Shown piece by piece: positions 18,401 through 30,400 of a stretch of DNA of 46,771 bases (the first letter of the stretch is position 1; every line of letters begins with the position of its first letter). This DNA is from a bacterium (lineage in GTDB: Bacteria > Electryoneota > AABM5-125-24 > Hatepunaeales > Hatepunaeaceae), in NCBI GenBank assembly GCA_013202285.1, contig JABMRV010000057.1, positions 1 to 46,771 on the forward strand, written 5' to 3'. Made by a program: the position numbers and the translations under genes. The notes beneath the pieces were generated by a model. It had not been told where the DNA came from, did no database searches, and worked only from the letters and a program-made list of their open reading frames with translations.

Positions 18401-21400
18401 ATTTCTTCCAGCGAAGAAGCCAATCCCATGTTTACCGCCGAACCTCTCGAACTGCAGATCGCTCCGGGTGAGGAAGATGTTGTCGATTTTATCTTTGCCA
18501 CACCTCTGGATTCTCCCGATGATTACAACTTCGATATGATAATCTATAACAATGATGTCGATGAGGCAGACCGGGAGTATCACATTGCCCTGCATGCCAA
18601 TGTTAACAGACCACCGGTGATCTCGGTCAACCCGCAGGAAGTTATCGATGAGTTGAGTACCGGCGCGGTTGCTCATCACGAGATAACCGTCGATAATCAG
18701 GGTGAGTCGCTGCTGTGGTTTATTGCTGAAATAGATGTAACAGGTGAACCCCAGCGAGATGCCGGCATGAGACCTTTGCGGCGAGTCGGCAGTGCTGCCG
18801 GAACCGGTCGCGACCGCCGGGTCGAACCAGACGACATGGGCTATGAGTGGCGCGACAACCTCGAGGATGACGGTCCGGAGTACGAATGGCTCCTTCGTGG
18901 CGATTTCGAAAACGTACGCGAATGGTCTCTGGGCGATGACGCCAACACCGGCGCACTCCAGCTTGGTTTCACCTTCCCATTCTGGGATCAGGAGTATAGC
19001 CAGGTTTATCTCGACACCGACGGCTATATGTCGTTCACCTATGCGGGGACGCAGTATAACTTCTCAGGAGAGATTCCAAATTACCCGTTGGCTGCCAATC
19101 CGGGAAGCCCAAACCACTCCATGATAGCGCAGTACCAGACCGACATGACGTCGGGAACGGAGATATGGTACTGGACTAACGAGGAAGATATGGCGGTGAT
19201 GTGGTGGGCGGGGAATCATCAGTACTATCACCAGGTCATCCTCTATGACAATGGTTATGGTGTCATGCAGTACGGTCAAAATGCCAACGGCAGATCAGCC
19301 TACGTGGGGATTAACCTCGGCGACGGCGAACATGGCTGGTATGTCGCCGCGCCTGACCAGAATTACCTCGTTCCCGGGCGGGCAATTGCCTTTGGTCCGG
19401 CTAACGTCTGGTCGATCTGGATAACACTTGACCCGCTGGAGGGCGATGTACAGCCCGGAGCTGATCCGATGGCGCTCGATATGACTCTCGATGCCTTCGG
19501 TCTCGATGAAGGTCAATACACCGCGGAAGTTCTGTTCACATCGAACGACCCGGAGACGCCCGGGGTGATACTCAACGTTACTATGAATGTAATAGGTGCA
19601 CCTGACATCCTTCTCGAATGGGAACTCGGCTGGGTGGAAGATCCCTTTGAGGACAGCATCATCGACTGGAACGCTTATTTCGATCCCGATTTATATTCTG
19701 GTTTCGATTATGAAATTCCTGTCACTGTAACAAACGAAGGCGTAGTTCCTCTTGAGATTACTGAAATATCATCAAGTGAAGGTGGAGACCCGCTCTTTAC
19801 ATCCAATCTAATTGATGTGCTTACTCTCGATCCGAATGACCAGGCAGTCGTCACCCTCACATTCAATTCCGTGAATCCAGGCGACTTCGGAGCCGATGGT
19901 GATGAGCTCTATATGGTATTCTACTCCAACGATCCGCTTGATCCGGAGGTCAACGTTCGAGTGCATGCGCAACCGGTTGGACCACCTGTAATGGTTGTGG
20001 ATCCTGATGCAATCCAGACCGAGATTGCTATACCCGGCAGTGAAGAACATGTCCTTACGGTGACCAACAGTGGTGATAATATCCTTACCATCGAGATCGA
20101 AAAGGAGATCCTCGCCATGCCGGAGAGGATGCCCGCAGATCGCGACGTAATCTCCCGTACACTGCGCAGCGTTAACCGCGATGAACCTCGTCGAGATGCT
20201 CTTGGTGACCAGTTGGGAGAATATACCTGGAATAATGCACCGATCAACAGGTACAAGAATTGCGCTTACGACTATAATAACAAGTGGATGTGGCTCGGTA
20301 CTTATAGCACGAACTGGATCAAGGCAATCTCGTTCGATGATGATTATCAGCAATTCACTACCGAATTCAACGACTTCCGACCTGCCGGAAACCCGATGGA
20401 TATGGGCTGGTATAACGGTATCCTCTATGTCCAGCCCTGGGCTAACAACTTCTTGCTAAGATACGATGCCGATGGTAACAATCTCGGCAACGCCAACTTT
20501 AACTTCCGTCCTGCCGGAGTGGCGTTCAGCCACAAGATGGGTTTGATTTTCGCGCTGGAGGACTCACCAGACAACAACCGGAACATCCATGTTATGGAGA
20601 TAGATGAAAACGGGTATCCAGATCAGCAGATCGGTTTGATCGACAACTACCGTCCGATGTGCAACAACCAGTGGATGCGTAACGTCGAATGGGTCGATGC
20701 ACATCCCGATGGTCAGTTGTGGATACACACCTCCTCGAGGGCGCTCTATCAGATCTCGGTTGACACGGATAACTGGCAGGCGATCGAGCTCACTTCACAG
20801 TTGTCCAACTTCGGCAGCAACCAGGAGTACGACGGAGTTGCGCACGACGGGTACAACCTGTGGCACGGCGGTTATAGCCTGGATCGCTACTACATCATCG
20901 ATGATGGGGTTGAAGAGATTTACTGGCTGATATTTGAACCTGATGAGGCTACTCTTAACGCTGACGATAGTACCGAGATTCACGTTTATCTTAACACTGA
21001 GGATCTCATTGAGGGCAGATATGAAGCCGATCTTGTATTCACCTCAAACGATCCGCGATACCAAGCGGAAGACTTCCGGGTCAATATCGTATTGAATACC
21101 ATTGGAGAAGCCCAAATTGAAGCGACCTGGGTTCCCGGCTGGGATGAACAGGATCCGGTCGTCGATTACAATGTCGCGTTTGATCCCGACATGTTCAGCG
21201 GCGCTTCATATACGATTCCGGTTATTATCGCGAATATTGGCAATGCCAATCTTGAGATAACGAACATCCAGTCGGATGAAGGTGGAGCTCCGGTGTTTAC
21301 CGCAGAACCTACCGAACTTGTGATCCCACCAGACAACGAAGAAATCGTCGTATTCAGATTTGAAGCTCCCATCGATGCACCGAACAACTACAATGCCGAC

Positions 21401-24400
21401 ATGATCGTCTATTGCAACGACGCCGACGAAGCGGATCAGGAGTATCATATCGCGCTGCATGCTGATGCCGCAAGCCCACCGGTGATAACCGTCGATCCCA
21501 TGGAAATCATAGACGAGCTGACAACCGGTCAGGTGGTCGAACATGAAGTCACGGTTGGTAACGACGGACAGTCAACGCTTCGTTTCACGTCGGAGTTCGA
21601 GATAACACAGGAGCCCGGTCGTGATCTCGGCGGAAGAAGCCTGCGCAGCGTCCATCGTACTGGACCGCGACGCGACGCCGTTGAGGATATCCAGGATATG
21701 ATGTTCGCCGTTATTCAGGACGGGGAAGCCTGGGGATGGCTCGACGACGTGATGATGCAGCAGGATCCTCTCCTCGACAGGAACGCGAACTATGTTACTT
21801 TCAGAACTGCAGACACCTGGAACAGTATTGATTTCGAGGAATATGACGTCATTGTTTACCCCGGCAATCGTCAATCCGCCAATTTCTACACTGCTTATAA
21901 CAATAACCTCGCACGGTTCACCGAATATCTTGACGACGGAGGTGCTGCTTATACGGAGACCTCGGATAGTAATGCTCCGATCCGCACTCCCGGCGGATTC
22001 AACAACGACCAGGGAGGCGCTTCCAACGGTGTACTGGTAGTCAGTCCCAATCCTCAGGATGACAATTACAGTTTATTTGCCGAGATCTGCCAGAGTACAC
22101 AAAACAACAACTGGAACGAAGGGGAGGTTATCGAGGGCAATTCATGGCTGCATGGATCATATTCCATCGGTCAGTTCGATAATGCCGTTGGCAATGGCAC
22201 TATCGAATGGTACCAAATGATAGCCACTCCGCAAGGATCTCAACATGCCGGAGCGATAGCTTATGGTTTAGGTGACGGCTGTGTACTCGCAGTGAGTCAC
22301 CCTATCGGTCACTGCTGGCGGTACTATAATCAGGAAGGTATGTGGGGCGGCATCGCTGCTGAGATTCTCTACTACCTTACTGAATCTGTTGCCGAAGGTT
22401 GGTTCAGCCACGATCCTGTAGAAGGCGAGATTCAACCTGGCGGCGATCCTGTAGTGATAATAGTAACACTCAACGCCGCAGGATTAGATGAGGGTGACTA
22501 CGCCGCTGAACTGCGGATTAACTCCAACGATCCCATCGATCCGCAGGTGATAGTCGCTATTTCTTTCACTGTCACCGCGGCTCCGGATCTGGTTCTCGAA
22601 TGGGAGTTGGGCTATGTGGAAGATCCGTTCGAGGACAGCATACTCGATTGGAATCTTTATTATGATCCTGACTTCTATACCGGCGTTGATTATGAAATAC
22701 CGGTTACGGTTATGAACGAAGGAGTCATAGCGCTTGAGGTAACCGAAGTCTCTTCTTCGGAGGAGGGCGAACCGCTTTTCACATCCGATCTTGCCGATGT
22801 GCTGACACTTGCCCCGGGGGAGGAAGCGGTGGTTACGCTGACTTTCTATTCCGATCAGGCTGGCGAATTCGGCGCTGACGGTGAAGAGCTTTACATGGTC
22901 TTCTATTCGAACGATCCGAACGAAGAGCAGCTTACCGTGCGGGTGCATGCCACAGTTATCGCGGGTCCGAATATCCTGGTTGACCCACAGGCGATTGAAG
23001 ATGCCATGATGACACTGCATACCTCCAACCATCTCCTCACCGTTGGAAATGACGGCGGTAACCCGCTTCGATTTGAATTTGAATTGGAGGTATTGGCTGA
23101 ACCGGAACGCGACATTGCTTCTCGTACATTGCGCCGAATACATCGGGGCAATCCACGACGAGATGCTCTTGGTGACCAGTTGGGAGAATACACCTGGAAT
23201 AATGCCCCGATCAACAGGTACAAGAGCGCCGCTTACGACTTCAACAATGAATGGATGTGGCTCGGTACTTACAGCCCCAACTGGATTAAAGCTATCTCGT
23301 TCGATGATGATTACCAACAGTTCAACACCGAATTTAATGATTTTCAACCTGCCGGAAACCCGATGGATATGGCGTGGTATGACGGCATACTATACGTCAT
23401 TCCCTGGGCAAATAATTTCTTGTTGAGATATGACTCACAGGGCAATCGTCTCGGCAACGCCAATTTCGGTTTTCAAACCTGCGGGATTGCAGTTAGTCAA
23501 GAGCTTGGTCTGCTCTTTGTTCAAGAGACCTCACCCAACAACAACCGGAACATCCATGTTGTAGAGATAGATGAAAACGGGCTTCCCGGTCAGCAGATCG
23601 GTTTGATCGACAACTACCGTCCAATGTGCAACAACCAGTGGATGCGCAACTGTGAGTGGGTCGATGAACATCCCGACGGTCAGTTGTGGATACATACCTC
23701 ATCGAGGGTGCTCTACCAAATCTCGGTTGACACGGATAACTGGCAGGCGATCGAGCTCACTTCACAGTTGTCCAACTTCGGCAGCAACCAAGAGTACGAC
23801 GGAGTTACGCACGACGGGCTCAACATGTGGCACGGCGGTTATAGTATGACCAACTATATCATTTTCGATGATAACGTCGAGGAACTCCGCTGGCTCATGC
23901 TCTATGAAGACGACATTTCTCAAGCCAATCCGGCGGACTGGGTAGTGGTTAGATACAATGAATATGAAATCGAGCCCAATCAGGAGTTGATTTTCACAGT
24001 ACGTTTGAATTCAACCGATCTGCTTGTTGGTGATTATGAGGGAATAGTCCACATCTTCAATAACGATCCGAATATCGAAGAGCAGGATTTCGAGGTTCCC
24101 GTTCTGCTTCACGTAACAGGTATAGCCCAGGATATCGAGGTTTCATGGGCGGAGGAGAATGGTTTCCCAACTTCGATCGACTGGAACAGTGCGCACGAGG
24201 AATTGTACGTCGGTCAGCCTTACGATATGATTCTCACCGTTGGGAATTCAGCGGACAGTGACGGCGATCTTGTCATCGAGGATATTGTTGCAGACGATAA
24301 CAGTTTCTCAATCGATCCGGTCGGATTTACACTGAGCTCCGGCGAAACGCAGGATGTGATAATAACATTTGAAACTGCAGACGTCCCCGGTGAGTTCGAA

Positions 24401-27400
24401 GCGGTTCTGACCCTGTTTTCCGACGACCCGGACGAGGCTGAGGTTGACATAGCCCTCTATGCCCGAGCATATCATACGTTGAATATAGAGGTTGATCCGG
24501 GCGCTCTTACTGAGGAGCTTTATACCAACCTGACTACTGATCGCCGTCTGCACCTCACCAATGTGGGTAATGATAACCGCCACTTTTCAATCAAACACGA
24601 ATTCACCCTTGCACCTGAGCGTGATGAGAATGAACGTTCTCTGCGCCGTATCGATCCCGAAGCGTCGGGACCGGTGCGTGATGCGGTTGGGGATGCGCTG
24701 TACAATGTGCAGTCACCTATTGCCAGTAATCAATACCGGAACCTGGCATACGACCCGGATCTTAACTGGATGTGGCACCAGCAGTATTATTCTCCTTATC
24801 AGATGGTAGCCTGGGATCTTAACGACTTTACTCCCGGCGATGATGCCGCGCCTCCGGTGGTTCGCCAGTGGAACAACCCACGCGGCAATCCGATGGACCT
24901 GGCATTTCATGATGGCACCATCTATGTCATGCACCTCTGGAATGCCTGGCTCGGTCGCTACGACATCGACGGTCAAGATCTCGGCGTCATGAATCTCAAT
25001 CTCGACGGAGGGAGAGTAAATGGCGTGGCTATATCTCACAGCCTCGAGAGGCTGTTCGTAACCTCGGACGCTAGCCCTTACAACGTGTATGTCTTCGACC
25101 TGCAGGGCAACCGGATTGCCAATATGGGGAGTCTGACCGCTCGAACAGGCAACAACGTCTGCCGGTCGATTGAATGGGTCGATCAGCACGATGACGGACC
25201 GCTGTGGGCGCATCGCAGCAACAGGGTCTGGCAGATAGCTGTCGATACCGAAAACTGGCTGATGACTTCCACTCCGCTGAACTTCGCTACTGTAGGGGAG
25301 CAGGAGTATGATGGAATTGCACACGACAGGTACGACCTCTGGATTGCGGGTTATAACAGCCCCAGTATATTTGTTTATGATGACGGTATGATCGAATACT
25401 ACTGGTTGTTATACGACCCAGATGAAGGAAGCCTCCAGGAGAACGAGGATATGTACATTACGGTCACTTTCGATGCCACCGGGCTTATCGAAGGCAGATA
25501 TGAGGCTGTGCTGATCATCAAACCGGAAGACCCGGATATTTACACACTTGAAGTACCTGTTTCACTGGATGTGACGGCAGCGTCCGACATTGCCGTAAAA
25601 TGGGACAGCGAGATCGGGTATCCGGAGCTTGTCGATTGGAACGCCGAAGCCGCTTATGGCGACCAGGTGTTCACGGGAAGTCAGTACGACATTACCGTTA
25701 CCGTAGAGAATATCGGCGTGATCCCGCTTAACGTGGAGGGAATTTCTTCCGACAACCAGGTGTTCACTGCTGACCGCAATGTTATCAGCAACATCGGTCC
25801 TGGTGAAGAAGTTGATGTCACTCTGACCTTCGAAGCTGCCGATCCTGGTGACTATCAGGCAGCCGTTACTTTCACGACCGATTCCGAGATTCACCCCGAA
25901 CTGGTGATCGGACTACACGCCAATGCACCGAACCCGCCTTCTATAGCCTTGAATCCCGAATCTATCGAGACAACTCTGGGGTATGACGAAAAGGAGGATC
26001 ATGCACTCTTCGTGATTAATAACGGCGGAGCAGACCTGATCTGGAACACGGAGATTGAGTTCCTTTCCGAACCGCAGCAAATACCGCAGCGCGACATCAA
26101 ATCCCGTACCCTGCGCAGTGTAGGGAGATCTTCCGGTCCGACCCGTGATAATCCCGGTGATATCGTTGAAACATTCAGTTGGGCTCGAGCCGGTGTCAAT
26201 GTTTACAAGTCTGGTATTATATGGGAAGAGGAAAACGAATTACTGTGGGTCAATAACTACAGCAACGGTCAATGGGTTGGCGCACTCGATCCCGAGGACA
26301 ACTACCGTGAGGTTCGAGCATTCCAGACATCCGGTCAGAACGGTATGAATATGATTATGCGAGACGGCATAATCTGGACTATACCCTGGCCGAACGCTTG
26401 GATCGGCAGATGGGATCGCAACGGCAACAACATGGGCAATGTAGCTAATTCACCGCGACCAACAGCAATGACATACTGTGCGGAAGAGGATATTCTGATT
26501 ACCATCTCCGATCAGGAAGGTGGAGGCATTCCTGCCTGGGATATGCGTTTCTATGAGATAAACGGCGATCAGCTTAACATAGTTGGAAACTTCAACTACA
26601 AACAGTTTGCAAATAACCAGAACAGCCGTGGAATCGGCTGGGTTGAGAAGCATCCCAATGGTCAATTGTGGATAAATACACCAAACCACTTATGGCAGGT
26701 CAAGATTGATATGCGCAACTGGGAGATCGAGGAACTGGTGCAGGATTTCAACTGGAACAACGCCGGTTATGAATGGGCTGGTATCAGTCATAATGGTCAT
26801 AACCTTATTCTTGGGTCACATAACTCTGCAACTTATTTTGTTATGGATGACGGTGTAGCCGAGCATTACTGGTTATCGAATGAGCCGATGGAAGGTGTTG
26901 CCACTCCGGAGGACAGCAGTGAAGTTACGGTCACACTTGATGCGGGTTCACTGCCCGCCGGTGATTACGAAGCAGATCTGCATGTCTTCTCGAACGATCC
27001 TGATACAGGCGATTTAGCCATATATGTTCTGCTGCACATCGCTGAGGTGCGCAATCTTGTCGCATCACCCGATTCGCTGCATTTCGGCGAGGTTCTCGTT
27101 GACTCATCAGGCGATATGACGCTGACGTTGATCAATGCCGGTAACAGTGATCTGACCGTATCGGACATGACCATCGAGGGAAACTACTTCAGCATTGATT
27201 TCCAGGATGCATTTGTGATCCCGCCAGGTGACGAAATAGATATGACGGCAACTTTCGCTCCGGGGGATGAGGGAGTTTTCGTGGGTTCCCTGACCATCAC
27301 GTCCGATGACTTCGAGGAAGAGCAGACAGTTATTCCGTTGATCGGGTGGAGCAGACCGCGCATGCCCAACATCTATGTGCTGCCTATGACACTCGACTTC

Positions 27401-30400
27401 GGCGAAGTGTATGTCGCTGTTCCTGAAGACCGGATTTTCCGCATCGGAAACGATGGCGACGGTCCGTTGCGTATAACCAACATTTTCGCCGATGAGAACT
27501 ACATTGAAGTCGATTTCGCCGGCGAGTTCGTCGTTCAGCTCGGCGAGAGCCGCGATGTGACCGCAACCTTCACGCCTCAGCAGCCCGGAGCTATTCAGGC
27601 GACGATAACGATTGTATCGATCTATGACAACGAGGAGGATAATTACCTCGTCGATGTGGTCGGTGTGGGTATCGATCCTCCGGTGATAGTTGTAAATCCG
27701 GACTTAATCGATACTGATATGGACTATGAGGATGAGGAGCAGCATGTAATCACCGTCTATAACAATGGCGGATCAGTTCTTGAATTCGATACCAATCTCG
27801 ACATTCTTCAGGAACCGCCTCGCGACGCCGTCGGGGATCGTCGTCTGCGGCAGCTCCGTCAAGCCGGTCCTGTAAGGGGTATAAACAACGACCGTGAGAT
27901 CGAAGTCCCGGATGCCACTGTTCAAATGAATGTGAAAAACGGCGATGCTTCTCCTGCAGAACTGGAATTGTGGGAGAGCTATCTCAATCTGTTAGATGAG
28001 CTTGCCGATGTTCCACGTCGGGATCTGCGCGGGGAAGCTGACGACGCCGGTTACGAATGGCGTGATGACGCGGAAGCGGACGGTCCCGAATATAACTGGA
28101 TCGACATCACCGGTGACGGACAGCGTCTGAATGCCGCTGATGACTGGAACAGTGGAGTTCTCGAATTCGGCTGGGATTTCCCATACTACGGACAACAGTA
28201 CGATGCAATGAGAGTTTGTTCCAACGGCTGGATTACCCTTGACCGCAATTACAGTGGAAATGCCATCAACCTGCCTCGACCGGTTAATGCAGCCGCTCCG
28301 AATGCCCTGTTCTTAATCAATAACTATGACCTGAACCCCGGCGCTGGCGGCTCGATGTACTTCTGGACGAACAACATCGATATGGCTGTGATGAGCTGGA
28401 TCGACGTTCCCAGATACGGCAACAACCAGCAGCGCAGCACTTTCCAGATTGTACTGGCAGGAGACGGCTTCATTAAGTACCAATACGGAACACAGCAGAA
28501 TGCCGACGGTTCAGAATCCAACATAGGCTGGGAGAACCCGAACGGACAGCTCGGAGCGAGCATCATCTACCGTGAAGACGGACGGATCAGCGAGGGTTTG
28601 GCAATCGGAATCGGCACCGGAGAGATGTGGGGACAGTGGCTGTTCTGGGAGCCGCACATGGGATCGGTCAATATCGATGGTAACCTCAATATCACCATAA
28701 CGCTGCGCGCCGGAAACCTGCCGCCGGGAGACTACATTGCAGAACTGCACATTCTTTCAAACGACCCCGATATTCCCGATGTCATCGTCGATGTAACGAT
28801 GACAATCAACTCGCTGCGCGATATAGCAGTCAATCCGCTTGAACTTGATTTCGGCGAGGTACTGGTTGCCGATGCGGGAGAGATGACCATAGACATAGAC
28901 AATGCCGGGAACGTCGATCTGACGATTTCGAATGTTACGATCGACGGTAACTATTTCAGCTCCGATTTCGCCGGTGAATTCGTTCTCGGAAGAACTGCCA
29001 GCAGTGTCCTGACTGTAACATTCACTCCAGATGCTGAGGGCAGCCATGCCGGAACCTTAACCATCACCTCGAACGATCCCGATGAAAGTGATGTCGTTGT
29101 GGATCTGCTCGGTACGAGTCGTTTCCCGATTGCAGATATTATTGTCTCACCCGAAGCGCTGAACTTCGAGACGGTGTTCGTAGGTCAGAGCAGAGATCTG
29201 ACATTCACTATCGGTAGCGAGGGAGAGGATGACCTGCGGGTGTCGAACATCACCGTCGATGGCAATTATGTAACGACCAATTTCGAGGGAGAATTTACAC
29301 TTGCTCCCGGACAGCAGCGTGAATTCAGCGCAACATTTGCTCCTGAAGCGGAGGTGATGTTTGTCGGCGAGATCTTAATCGAGTCCAACGATCCTGATCA
29401 TCGCAACGGATATTCTCTCGAAATCCGCGGCACCGGCATTAATCCGCCGGTGATAGCGGTTAATCCCGGTTTCATCGACACCGATCTTAGTTACGGCGAG
29501 ACGAACGATTACCGGGTTGTATTGTCCAACAACGGTGGAGCCGATCTGATCTGGGACAGCGAACTTGAGATCGTCAGAGAAGCAATTGGCGGGAGATACT
29601 GGATTGATTGGGCTCCGGAGAACGGCACGGTTAGTGCAGGAGCTGACCAGGATCTGATCATCACTCTCGACTCAGACCTGCTGATAGGCGGCGCTTATGA
29701 AGCAAACCTGCACGTCACATCCAACGATCCGGAGAATGCTGATGTAATAGTAAGTGTCCTCCTGCACGTAATCGATGTTCCGAACATCGACCTGTCTGAA
29801 TCAACGCTGGAATTCGGTAATGTGAACGTCGGCGATGAGGATCAAATGTCGCTGTGGATATACAACAACGGCAACGGCGCGCTGACTGTTTCGGATATGG
29901 TGATCGACGGCGTCAATTTCGTTGCTGATTTCGACTGGGAATTCGAGATTGTCCCCGGAGACAGCGCAGAGGTGTTAGTATGGTTCTCACCGGCGGAGAT
30001 CAGTGCAGTTGAAGAGATTATGACCATCATCTCCAGCGATCCAGACGAGTGGCGAATACACGTTCCGATGACGGGAACCGGCATGGGAGCTGTTATCGTC
30101 GCCTCACCGACCGAACTCGACTTCAGAGAGGTCTTTGTAGGTGAGAGCAGGGATATGACGCTAACAATTCACAACGTCGGCAACGAAGATCTTGTCGTAT
30201 CCGAAATGGTGGTCGAGGGTGTTTACTTCAGCCTCGATTTCGGAGGTGAATTCATTGTCCAGCCTGACGGTCAGTATGATATTACTGTAACTATGATCCC
30301 CGAAGAAGATGCTGTATTAACAGGAGTTATCACCATCGTTTCCAACGATCCGTTCGAGGAAGCTGGATACGAGGTAGAAATCGGCGGCATCGGTGTCGAT

